Source: Oculina patagonica (Eukaryota). Taken from it: 64,000 nt of DNA. Below the pieces are notes generated by a model. That model was not told the DNA's origin and searched no databases. It was given only the letters and a program-made list of their open reading frames with translations. The stretch is taken from NCBI RefSeq assembly GCF_052425735.1, contig NC_135758.1, forward strand, positions 36,580,001-36,644,000, read 5' to 3'. Below, piece by piece: positions 27,201-37,139 of the stretch. A program made the translations under genes and the position numbers. Within the stretch, counting starts at the first letter, position 1, and the number at the start of each line of letters is the position of its first letter.

Positions 27201-27518
27201 TGGCTGGGTGTACTTAAGGTTTTACCAGCCACGTGGTAAAGGAGTCAAGGGAGACTTGAGTGAAAGTTTCTCCTATGCTAGTTTCTTTCCAGAAGCTTTG
27301 CAGTAAGTGGTTTTGATTATCTCAAGTATATAATATTACAACAGACCTTTCCCACATTCACTCCAGTGAATACCAACAATGGTTTCAAGTTGAGGCTCGG
27401 GTGGACAAAAATGCAGTAAATGTATGAAACTATAATAATATAGTTTGTACACCCCAGCCTCGACTTGAAACCATTGTTCGCAGGCAACAAAGCATAATTC
27501 GGAAAGGTCTATATAAAA

Positions 27519-27552
<34 letters not shown>

Positions 27553-30490
27553 GCACTTCGGGCAGTATATCCACAGAGTGGCTCTTCGCCTGCCCGATCC
27601 TAACTAAATTTACAGATGTAAAAGTTTAAAAAATATCTAAGAATTTATATTTACATGAAAACGAGATAAAATTGTATTAAAACGATATAAGAACTAATTA
27701 TGTGAATTATAGTATATAAAACAAAACAAAACAAAAAAAAATACTTAAGACATGCTAAAAAGTTAAAAATTCAAATGTTCTAAAACTCTCTTAAAAATAA
27801 TGTTTTTGGTGTCTTTACAAAGGACACTCAACGACTACTGTTCTATTAGGGATCAGAGATGACATTATTCGCGCCATGAAGCGAGGAGAAGTCACGCTCA
27901 TGGTAAAAAAGGCCAGGATTGGCACTTAGTACACTGATGGTTTAGAGCTTTATCAAAAATTTCTGCATCTCTCATACAATACCAGTGTATTTTCCATGTA
28001 CCTTAAGTAATTATTACTTAGGCATAGAGCTTTATCAAAAATTTCTGCATCTCTCATACAATACCAGTGTATTTTCCATGTACCTTAAGTAATAATTACT
28101 TAAGGTACATGGAAAATACACTGGTATTGTATGAGAGATGCAGAAATTTTTGATAAGGTACATGGAAAATACACTGGTATTGGAAAATACACTGGTATTG
28201 TATGAGAGATGCAGAAATTTTTGATAAAGCTCTAAATCATCAGTGTACTAAGTGCCAATTCTGGCCTTTTTTTTCTTGGTGGTAACTTTTTTCTTCAGCC
28301 GGCTGACACTTGTTGACAGGCTTTCCTTTTCTTTGAACGTGGTTATTTTTATTTCATTTACAAGTTGCTGTAAAGGTTTCTGATATAGTTTTGGGAAATA
28401 TTGTTGTCTTTCCCACCCTCTAAGAGGATACCTTTTTACCTGCAAATAACCAAGTTTCTTGCCCATTTATAGTGTATGATTGCACTAACTACACAAAGCT
28501 TATTGAACTAGCTTGAACCAGCTTGAATTAACACGTCTGTTGCTATTTTTAACCAGGGCTCCAGTAAGCACAGTGTCAACAATTGTATTCAATACTCTGA
28601 TTCGTCTGAAAATCTGCCACAAACCTGTCAGAACATATGATGTGGGAGCACCATCAGCAATAACAATCAGCTTACCAGGAATGGATCCTGCAGATGCCGA
28701 GAGAAGAAGGTAGAGTGTAGTACTCCGAGTGAGTAAGTCAGTTCTCAGTTCACATCTTCAATCTCACAGTTGCTGTGCTGCCTTTTAACCTACAAACAAC
28801 AAATCACAGTACAAAAAGGGTGTGATGTGGCCATTCCCCCCCCCCCCCCCCAAAGTGGGCAATTAACCACCTGATAAGCAACTTACTAACAGCATTTGTC
28901 ATTTCTGTGACTGATAGACTTGGAATGTTTTGCTAAGAATGTTAGAAATGTTATCGTATTTTGCTGATGTGCCATTTGGTTTCATGAGATTTTGTGTTAT
29001 AGAGTACCTGTTTATAACAATGTTATGTCTGATAGAGGTTTAAATGTTCACTCACCTCTCCCCTCTACACCTGAAAGGTGTGCAATGTAGGAGGTACATG
29101 TTTCAACAGCACCCCCCCCCCCTCCCCTCCAAAAAAAACCTTCTGTAATCCATTCCCTCCCTCATTGTGGTTAGTTCTCTGTGCTGTTCTACAAAATTAA
29201 GGTCGCGCGGGACCCTTGCTCATTAATAAATTCATTAGCCAAATTTCTTGACGGAGTGCTATCTTGTATAGCTTTAATTCACTACATTTTGAACATCGAT
29301 TCCTCTAAAATTAAACAAGGATATTCGGGGATGATGGAATTACATCATGATTGTCCTTTTACTGAGAGATGACCGTTGTCTGTGATGTTACAAGCCCTTA
29401 AAAGTTTAACTGCAGATAATGCGATTTTGTGTCCAAGTTTTCAGCTAGAACAGGGCACCAAATTAAATGATTGTATAGCTTAGTGATAAATCATAACCTC
29501 TTTTGTGCTACCACTAGAACGGAATTTTCGATTTCAAAAACTGCTACAAGTTAATCGCTTCTAAGAGAGCAAAAATGTGAAATCTAAACTTTGAAACGTG
29601 CTATCTTCATTTTGAGAAGGAAACTTAAAAATTCGCTCTAGTCATAGCACAATAGAGTACACCAAGTTTATGTTCCTCGTGAATCAACTCTTGAAATTGT
29701 ATATCGACGGAGAAAACTTGGACACAAATTTGCAGGTTTTGAGGCTTCCGAAGACCTCCCGAGTCAATTAATGTTTACAACAACGTGTGATATATTCAAA
29801 ACTGTGAATCTAATTATGATAATTCCCTATGTTCCAGTGCACGTGGCACAAAGCTGAGAACAATTACTAGTAATTACTTGTACAAAAGAGTTTAAAAACA
29901 AACATTCTCGTGAATATTTCGTTTGTTGTCGGCTTCAGTCGTCCGGCAGTTCGTGCATACTCTTTAAATAAATACATACTAATGATTGCAAGGGTCCTGC
30001 GCGACCTTAAACCATTATAAAGAAGTGCTATATTTCAAATTCTTGTGATGACATGTTTTTATTTTAAAAAAAGAAAGGAGGTGGGGATGGCAGATGATAA
30101 TGTGCACAGTAGTTTATAAATTATCCATACCTTCCCCATGAAAGGGATTTTAAGCTTCATACATTTCCTTAAAATTTTTGTCTCCAAGTCCCCTCCCTTC
30201 CCCAGGAGTGGGGGGAGTATGGACATTTTCTGGAACCACACAATATGACACAGACTTCACATTCTCGTTCTGTTTCTGTTTCCTTGGTTAGACAAAAGGC
30301 ATTGAAGGCCCTAAATGAGAGGCTTCAAAAATTGGAGCAGACCACCAGCTGGCCAACTCTGGATGGACCGGAGGGAAAAGACAGTCCCCAAAGTCCAAGC
30401 GCTGTGGATGAAATGCCAGAAATAGTTGTTGATCAGGGTACAACAAAAAGAACGGAGGGAGTGCCAAACAGCTCCAGTGTGCCTACGTAA
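18208..30490 (+). CDS. TMEM115: Transmembrane protein 115 (rhomboid-like Golgi protein), 9 coding exons: 18208-18237, 18316-18443, 21570-21639, 24957-25031, 25948-26039, 26490-26601, 27103-27302, 28557-28709, 30292-30490 (352 aa)
   Basis: All introns GT-AG with consistent phases, 1059 nt total; motifs ASVVVK, LAVTPG, PPHFRIWTL, LLEPLWGALE, WVYLRFYQ, YDVGAPSAITISLPGMDPADAERRRQKALKALNERL match the TMEM115 family. Confidence 0.95.
19548..19870. mobile_element. pogo/Tigger-like MITE in TMEM115 intron 2
   Basis: TA-CCGTAAAGACTCGTGTATAAGCCGCAC ... GTGCGGCTTATA...CATGAGTTTTTACGG-TA. Confidence 0.75.
20116..20264. mobile_element. Palindromic MITE
   Basis: TAGACTAGTTTCGAATTA...ACAAAGGA inverted with TCCTTTGT...TAATTCGAAACTAGCCTA. 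Confidence 0.65.
20269..21323. mobile_element. Kolobok-like non-autonomous element
   Basis: TTAA-AGGTCAAATGAACAGAAATTTC ... GAAATTTCTGTTCATTTGACCT-TTAA; internal inverted repeat at about 20460-20500 and 21082-21120. Confidence 0.8.
21873..22329. mobile_element. Kolobok-like MITE with about 110-bp TIRs and TGAA duplication
   Basis: TGAA-AGTGCACCTAACCCC...GTTATGAAGGTTT and its inverse ending GGGGTTAGGTGCACT-TGAA. Confidence 0.8.
22501..24719. mobile_element. hAT-like non-autonomous element carrying a nested insertion
   Basis: TIRs CAGGGCTCGAC and GTCGAGCCCTG; subterminal GGCGAC/GTCGCC repeats; no clear TSD. Confidence 0.7.
23277..24026. mobile_element. Nested hAT-like deletion derivative with 5-bp TSD
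   Basis: TIRs CAGTGCTCGACACTAAC and GTTAGTGTCGAGCACTG; ATTAA on both flanks; subterminal ACTAGC/GCTAGT repeats; minus-strand remnant (KKKCDPRSR..PSW...RLSEGKMY) resembling a hAT transposase N-terminus at about 23445-23560. Confidence 0.8.
24760..24816. mobile_element. Mini palindromic element (second copy at about 52642-52706)
   Basis: TAGCCTGCGAATACAGC...GCTGTATTCACAGGCTA. Confidence 0.65.
25152..25618. mobile_element. Tc1/mariner-type MITE
   Basis: TA-CCTTATTACATGAAATTTTCGC ... GCGAAAATTTCATGTAATAAGG-TA; many TTTCGCG subterminal repeats. Confidence 0.8.
27342..27511. mobile_element. Palindromic MITE
   Basis: AGACCTTTCC...AACAATGGTTTCAAGTTGAGGCT inverted with AGCCTCGACTTGAAACCATTGTT...GGAAAGGTCT. 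Confidence 0.65.
27519..27905 (-). mobile_element. Truncated CR1/L2-type LINE with (ATT)n tail and inverted 5' piece
   Basis: (AAT)n at about 27519-27551 followed by AT-rich 3'UTR-like sequence on the minus strand; plus-strand RT fragment KGHSTTTVLLGIRDDIIRAMKRGEVTLMV at 27819-27905. Confidence 0.65.
27905..28272. repeat. Foldback palindrome with internal duplications
   Basis: Outer arms GGCCAGGATTGGCACTTAGTACACTGATG and CATCAGTGTACTAAGTGCCAATTCTGGCC; perfect inner hairpin centred at 28094. Confidence 0.9.
29201..30006. mobile_element. Kolobok-like non-autonomous element
   Basis: TTAA-GGTCGCGCGGGACCCTTGC ... GCAAGGGTCCTGCGCGACC-TTAA. Confidence 0.8.
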
Positions 30491-30959
30491 CAGAGGGAAT
30501 GTGTACAGCTTTGCACTGTTCGAAAAATAAGCAAATTAATTAACTCTAAAAACTGCTTGATCAGTGAAGATTTTAACGTGCAGCGTTTACTTTTAGTATA
30601 TGGGGTTAGGCTATGTCAGTTATTTTTTTATAACTGTGCCATTGGACAAGTCTTTATTTTGACTTTTATCCAGCTCAGTTATATACTAACATTGCAATAA
30701 GAACATGCAGTGCAACTCTGTTAACTGTTCGGACCAGAAGAGTAGGCAAGGTGGTGAGGTGCTGGTAAGGTGGGATATCACTGTAGAATATAATGTTACG
30801 TCAGGTTTAATTATATTTTTAAAGCGGTTTGCAAAGGACAGTTATAATCTTAGATCGAAGTATCCTTATAATCTTTTTATTGTGCGTTTGCCAGCCACAA
30901 ATAACGATATAAATCATTCAGAACTGAAGGCTAAGACTTCTCACAGGTAGCAAGTGTGA

Positions 30960-31300
30960 TCAGTATCAACGCAGTAAAACATGTCACCGGTGTCAAGCGC
31001 GGGATAAAATCTATAAACCAGTATCAGCGCGGCAAAACATGCCAATGGTGGCAAGCGCGGAAAACATGTCGTCGCTGTCAAACGCGGGAAAACTTGTCAG
31101 TGTTGCCAAACGCAGGAAACACACCACGGGTGCCAAGCGCGGGAAAGAATCTAAGCAGTCTCACGCGCGGCAAAACAGGCCACGGGTGGCAAGCGCGGGA
31201 AAACAGGTCACCGCTGTCAATCGCGGGAAAATATTTCACCGCTATCAAGCGCTGCAAAAAATGTCGCCGCTGTCATGGGCAGGAAAACATCTAACCAGTG
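30960..31300 (+). repeat. Degenerate minisatellite, about 28-bp unit, about 12 copies
   Basis: Recurring CAAGCGCGGGAAAACATGTCACCGGTG-like units. Confidence 0.8.
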
Positions 31301-32656
31301 TTATGTGTAACTAATCCTGTTCGTGACTGGTTTTTGTTTTGAACTTTGACCACTGATAGGCTACAGCAAGGTGCATTGCACGAGATGTCTGGACCAGTTC
31401 TTAGTGCAAAAATTATTTACATGTAAACAAAACAAAAAAAGTAAAAAATTTTTCCAAAGCCATTTGAAAACCTGCCGATCATAACCATGACCAATCGTGA
31501 AGCTTTTCGCGCTAGGGTTTTAAGCAATTTTAAATTAAAGCTTTTAAACAGGCGATGCTCGAATTCGCCCGGTTTAGCTGGAACTAGCTTTGGCTTGCGT
31601 TGAAAAAAGATTCTTCTCTCCCCCATTTGGAGGTACGGGATAGTTCCCCAAAGCAACTCTGAGAATACGACATCGTCTTGTTAAGCATTGGGTAACATAT
31701 TTTTAATGTTAGGCTCATAAAATGGGTGAGCAAGCTTATTAAGTAAAAGAAAACAGTTCTCAAAGAAGAAAATGGTGTTAATTTCGTAAAAGAACGTCAA
31801 ATGTATATAATGTACAATGAAAGCTTTCATTCTTAAATAGTCACAACCTTGACATTAATTTACGAATTCTCCTTTGTGGTCTCCATTCAATTCTTGTAAC
31901 AGAAGTTGTGAGAATTTAATTGCATGTCAAGACAATGGAGAATCGAACTCTTTCTCTCCCGTAGGTTATTCACGGTATTTTGGCGTTGTGAATATGTAAG
32001 CCATGTTTACTGTAGAATGTTTGGCTCAAATTAAAGTTGCGATAAATTGGGATATTTTGGGACACCTCAATTTCACGATTTGCGAGTATTTCCTGTCCAA
32101 AATTACTCTGTATGGCGGTGGTCGCCATTAGGCGTGCTTAATATAATAGGAAGTGGGGGACTGGTTAACATGTGAGATAGACGCTTAGCCAAGATTTATC
32201 AAGCTGTATGTATTTCAGTCTTCCTAACAAGCCGTTATTTTAATTGTCTAGAGAAGCCGGCGTTGCAGAAAGCAGCGCAGAAAATAATATTTAAATGAAC
32301 CAAACTGCACCGTCATAGGAAAATTAATTAAAAGTAAAACAAAGAGTATATTAACCGTCCAACCCCTTTGTACCATTCAGTGCATGTCAAAGCGTCCATC
32401 GGGACAGTAGTAATGTGTTTATATAGAAAATTAGTGTTGTTGGCCTTGGTTCATATTATTTGAAGACATTTTGAAAATAACTAAGGTGTTACTTTAAATG
32501 CGTCCATGGTGTAGCAATACACTAAGAGACCACGGATAGTGGTTTGTTAAAATTGAAAAAATAAAATCGAGAAGTAAATATTAGGTCATGTAAAGTGTGT
32601 AGACTCCCCTTCCCCCTTCCTCTCTCTCCATCCCTCTCTCTCTCCCTCTCTCCTTT

Positions 32657-32808
32657 CTAGCCTCTCTCGGCAGTTGGGGGAGAGCGAAAAACGCGGCGAG
32701 CAAGTAAAAAAAAACGAGGGGAGACTCTCGCCTTCGTCTCCCCTCTTTTTTTTCCTCGCTCGCCCGCGTTTTTCGCTCTCCCGCAACTACCGAGAGCCTG
32801 GAACAGGC
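32657..32808. mobile_element. Palindromic MITE next to a CT-rich tract
   Basis: CTCTCGGCAGTTGGGGGAGAGCGAAAAACGCGG inverted with CCGCGTTTTTCGCTCTCCCGCAACTACCGAGAG. Confidence 0.65.
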
Positions 32809-33145
32809 CATCTCCTTCCCTAACCCCTTCCCTCAACCCAGATGTAGCGAGTTGTTGTTGATGATCTTGATGGACTAACACCGCGTCCAGACTAGCGGCC
32901 CAAAAACAGGAATCGTTTCACGTGTTTCTTTTTCTCTTGTTTGTGACGAACGGACGATGCTAGATCCCGTTTTGATATTCTCGAATTTATTGACCGTACC
33001 AAATAATAGGAATATGTTCTCAGCTGTCTAAAGTTCAGTCCTCAACCTTTTGATTTGCCGTGAAAGAAGGAAAAGAGTAAGAATAAAATAAGGTCAAAGA
33101 AAATTTCTTTTCCAAAAAGGTCAAATTTCATTAACATTGAAAAAA

Positions 33146-33188
33146 TTATTATTATTATTATTATCATTATTATTATTATTATTATTAT
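33146..33188 (+). repeat. (ATT)n microsatellite, left flank of the retrotransposon
   Basis: About 14 ATT units with one ATC. Confidence 0.95.
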
Positions 33189-36100
33189 GCTCTAAATACT
33201 GGAATTCTACGCAACAAACGAAATGTCGACTACATCGCGAGGCAAGCTGAAATGGACCGAAAAGATGAATAATGACCTACTCGAATGCAAGGCGAGAGCT
33301 AAGGATCTTGTGACATCAGACACACCACCATGCAACGAGAACGGCAGGAGAAAGGGATATATTGTAGTGATGAAGGAGTTATGGGATGAGAAAGGCTATG
33401 CGCATCTTGAAATTAAGAGCCAGAACCTCAGAGATCAAGCTTCTAGACTCGAGAAAATTGATCACACGGTTGGCTCAAGCGCTCCCGCAAGAAAGAACCA
33501 GGAAAAGGATTCGAGATGCAATCGCGTACAAGATTCGAGCGGAAGTGAGCATCAGAGGACTTTAAACCAAACTTCTCAGAAAAAATCCAATCCTAGAAAA
33601 CAGAATACATGTAATACAGCTCTAAATGCTAATTGCGTGGATTCGGAAAGTTTGATGGATTTGCATATGGCAGTGGCGCGATCCCCAGAGAGACCTACAG
33701 CTACAGAGAGTGATGGTTCCACGCAAAATATCCAAGAACAACAAGAACCAGTAAACGCCTCGGTTAATGAGATGACTAATGACTTGAGCGAAGCCCGTGC
33801 ATGCGTGCACTTACCAGGACGGTTGCCTGACTACAATGTTGTTGACACTCCATTAATTATTAATTGGGGGCGAAGAGCGGATGGGAGTACAATAACAGTC
33901 TATTCATCAGTCATAACAAAAGCCTATGATGAGATTACACAATGGCGTAAAAACACCTTCCTTGTCCCTTATGGGAAAGTCGGGCGAGAGTTTATCGATC
34001 AGCTTACGACGCATATAACCGACTGGAACAATGCAACGCAAATGCAACACATAGCGCTCAAAGCTGCCATTGTTCTCCTAGCAACGACGCTACAAAAGCC
34101 AAGCATGAAGTCAAAAGCAAAAATTCATCAAGAGTGTCTGGCTAAGCGCTTAGCGCTTTGGAAAGAAGGTGAAATTGATAGTCTGCTTCGAGAGGGGAGG
34201 TCTATCCAAAAACGCCTTGTTAAGACCAAGAGGACAGAACCACCAAATAAAGCTAAGATATTCGCCAAGCTAGTCATGGAGGGACAGATTAATTCAGCGT
34301 TGAGATACCTCAGCGAGAATGAGTGCGGCGGCGTGTTACCGCTGACCGATGACGTCATGGGCCAACTAAAAGATAAACACCCTGAGGCACAAGAAGCAAA
34401 GCTCGGCTCGTTACTCTTCGGACCAGTTGAAGAAGTGCATGACTCGCTCTACCAGCAAATCGATGGCGATATGATACGCGAGGCGGCGTTACGAACAAAA
34501 GGCTCTGGTGGTCCCTCAGGCGTCGATGCAAACGGTTTCAAGCGAATTCTTGCTTGCAAATCATTCAAGAAATCGAGTGCAAACCTATGCGATGCCTTAG
34601 CAAAAACGGCAAGGAGGCTCAACACAGACTTTGTCGACCCTCGAACCATTGAGCCATTTCTAGCCAACAGGCTCATCCCTCTAGACAAAGGCGAAGGCGC
34701 GGTCCGCCCCATCGGTGTTGGTGAAGTCATCAGGAGAGTGATTGGGAAATGTGTCATGAAGGTGACCAAACAAGATGTGATCGAGGCTAGTGGTTCGCTA
34801 CAAGTATGCGCAGGCCTCAAGAGTGGAAGCGAAGCCGCAGTCCACGCCATACACTCTATATTCGAAGCTGATGAGACGGATGCTGTACTCCTGATTGACG
34901 CCTCAAATGCATTCAATGCACTAAACAGAGCTGCTGCCCTCCACAATATTAGAGTACTCTGCCCACCTATTGCAACGTACGCTATCAATACGTATCGAGA
35001 ACCAGCAAGATTATTCATAATCGGAGGGAAGGAGATCAAGTCTGCAGAGGGTACAACGCAAGGAGATCCTCTAGCGATGGGAATTTACGCCATCAGTCTA
35101 CAACCTCTGATTACTCGTTTGGGGATTTCGAACGATTTGAAGCAGTGCTGGTTTGCCGATGACGCGAGTGGTGCAGGTTCATTGGAAGATATCAAGCGAT
35201 GGTGGGATGTGCTGACTGAGGCAGGACCTGATTTGGGGTACTACCCTAACGCCAAAAAGTGCTGGCTTATTACGAAACCCGACAAGAAGGACCATGCTAA
35301 AGCTATCTTCGAGGGGACTGCGATAAACATCTCTACGCAGGGACAAAAACATCTAGGCGCCGCTCTGGGCTCTCGAGCTTATCTCGAAGAGTATGTCGAT
35401 GGAAAGGTTGAGGAGTGGGTGAGCCAGGTGGTAAAGCTAGCCGAGTATGCCACATCAAACCCACAGGCGTGCTATGCGGCATTTACCTTCGGACTACGCC
35501 ACCGCTGGACATATTTTCTCAGAACACTTCCCGATATAGAAGATCTATTAGAGCCCCTGGAGCGTGCTATTGCAGATGTACTAATACCATCAATCACTGA
35601 TCACCACTGCACAAAAGAAGAGAGGGACCTAGTGGCACTTCCAGTGCGGCTAGGGGGGCTTGGACTTATTAATCCAAGCCAGGATGCAGCGTCCCAATTC
35701 AAGGTGTCAACCAAGATCACAGCGCCCCTAGTCGAGAAAATAATCGCACAGGATCATGAAACACCGGCTGATACTGCTGTCAAGACACTACAGCAGTGCG
35801 TGCGAAGAGAAACCAACGAAGCGCTTCAGACTAGGCTTGGCAATGTCAGGGAGTCTCTACCTCAGAAGACACAACGAGCCATTGATCTCGCAACCGAGAA
35901 AGGTGCTTCTAACTGGCTCACGGTCCTCCCATTAAAGGACATGGGCTACAACCTGAATAAAGGCGAGTTCCGAGATGCTGTAAAGCTCAGGTACGACTGG
36001 GAAATTGAGGACAAGCCGACAGTGTGCGTGTGCGGTGACGCCTTTACAATCGATCATGCAATGATTTGTAGGAGAGGCGGATTCATAATTCAGCGCCATA

Positions 36101-36868
36101 ATGAACTCCGTGACCTCGAGGCTGACTTGCTTAAGATGGTCTGTAATGATGTCGAAATAGAGCCCGTCCTTCAAGAACTGACTGGAGAGAGGCTACCAAG
36201 CGGCGCTAACACAACGCCAGATGCTCGCCTAGATATACATGCCGGGGGGGTTTTGGGAGAAGCAGAGATCCGCGTTCTTTGATGTGAGGGTGTGTCACCC
36301 CAACGCGGATTCCTACAAGGACCAAACCCCCAAGCAGATATACCGTAACCATGAGAATGAGAAGAAGAGGGCTTACGCAGACAGGGTTCTTCAAGTAGAA
36401 CAGGGAACTTTCACTCCATTGGTGTTTACATCCACCGGAGGAATGGGCGAGGAGTGCAAGAGGTATCACAGTAGGCTTGCAGAATTAATCGCCGCAAAGA
36501 AAGGGGAGGATTACGCAACAACGGTGTCTTGGATCAGATCAAAAGTCTCATTTGCGATCCTCCGATCCGCCTTAATCTGCCTAAGGGGATCAAGAACTGT
36601 AAAGAGAAACAGGAACATTGACATTTATGATATGGACTTTCAAGTAGAGAATTCTCGTACTGCAATTTAGATCGAATATATATATTTTTTTTAATATATA
36701 GTTCTTCTTTTATTATTGCTCTCGAAGTCGCTTTTACTATTTTTCTACATTTTTAGAGACACTGTTTTTATTATTATGTAAATAATATGTTTATATATAA
36801 AGTTCTTATTCGAATAGTCAAATCATTGTAATTCTTTTAGAAATTGGTTAATAAAGTTTTTATTTTTA
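33188..36868 (+). mobile_element. Non-LTR retrotransposon of the REL-endonuclease group (CRE-like), apparently full length
   Basis: Single long ORF with RT, CCHC knuckle and PD-(D/E)xK nuclease; about 35-nt 5' leader; about 200-nt AT-rich 3'UTR with AATAAA at about 36850; (ATT)n on both sides. Confidence 0.9.
33223..36670 (+). CDS. Retrotransposon polyprotein (N-terminal helical domain, RT, CCHC, REL endonuclease), about 1148 aa if one extra G at 36244-36250 is removed
   Basis: [60 protein letters not shown]...[19 protein letters not shown] then GFW...FFDVRV, EKKRAY, FTPLVF in the +1 frame. Confidence 0.9.
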
Positions 36869-36892
36869 ATTATTATTATTATTATTATTATT
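36869..36892 (+). repeat. (ATT)n microsatellite, right flank of the retrotransposon
   Basis: About 8 ATT units. Confidence 0.9.
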
Positions 36893-37139
36893 AACATTTA
36901 ATTGAAACTTTGATAGTTAAAAATCCTTTCGTCGTTTAACCGACGAAAGGATTCAGTCTCTTTAACAATTTCACTTAAAACTTAATAAATGATATGTATA
37001 ACACTACGTGCCCACCTGCTAGATTTACTGATACAGCATCGGAGAAGTAGTAAAGCAAAATGGGACAAAAAAATGTGAAACAAAAGCTGCTTCAGAGAAA
37101 AGTTTATTTATTTCGATTTGTAGGCGTCCTAAATGCTTT

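Noticed and set aside
30956-31314. CRISPR array or Cys-rich protein ORFs
   Set aside because: Degenerate tandem minisatellite in eukaryotic DNA; no unique spacers and no cas genes.
33188-33222. HDV-like ribozyme at the retrotransposon 5' end, as in R2
   Set aside because: The leader is about 35 nt and AT-rich, too short for the nested double pseudoknot.
34449-35039. 196-aa antisense ORF within the retrotransposon
   Set aside because: Shadow of the RT coding strand with no independent motifs.
36244-36254. Programmed -1 ribosomal frameshift at G-GGT-TTT
   Set aside because: The downstream nuclease lies in the +1 frame, so a -1 slip would not restore it.
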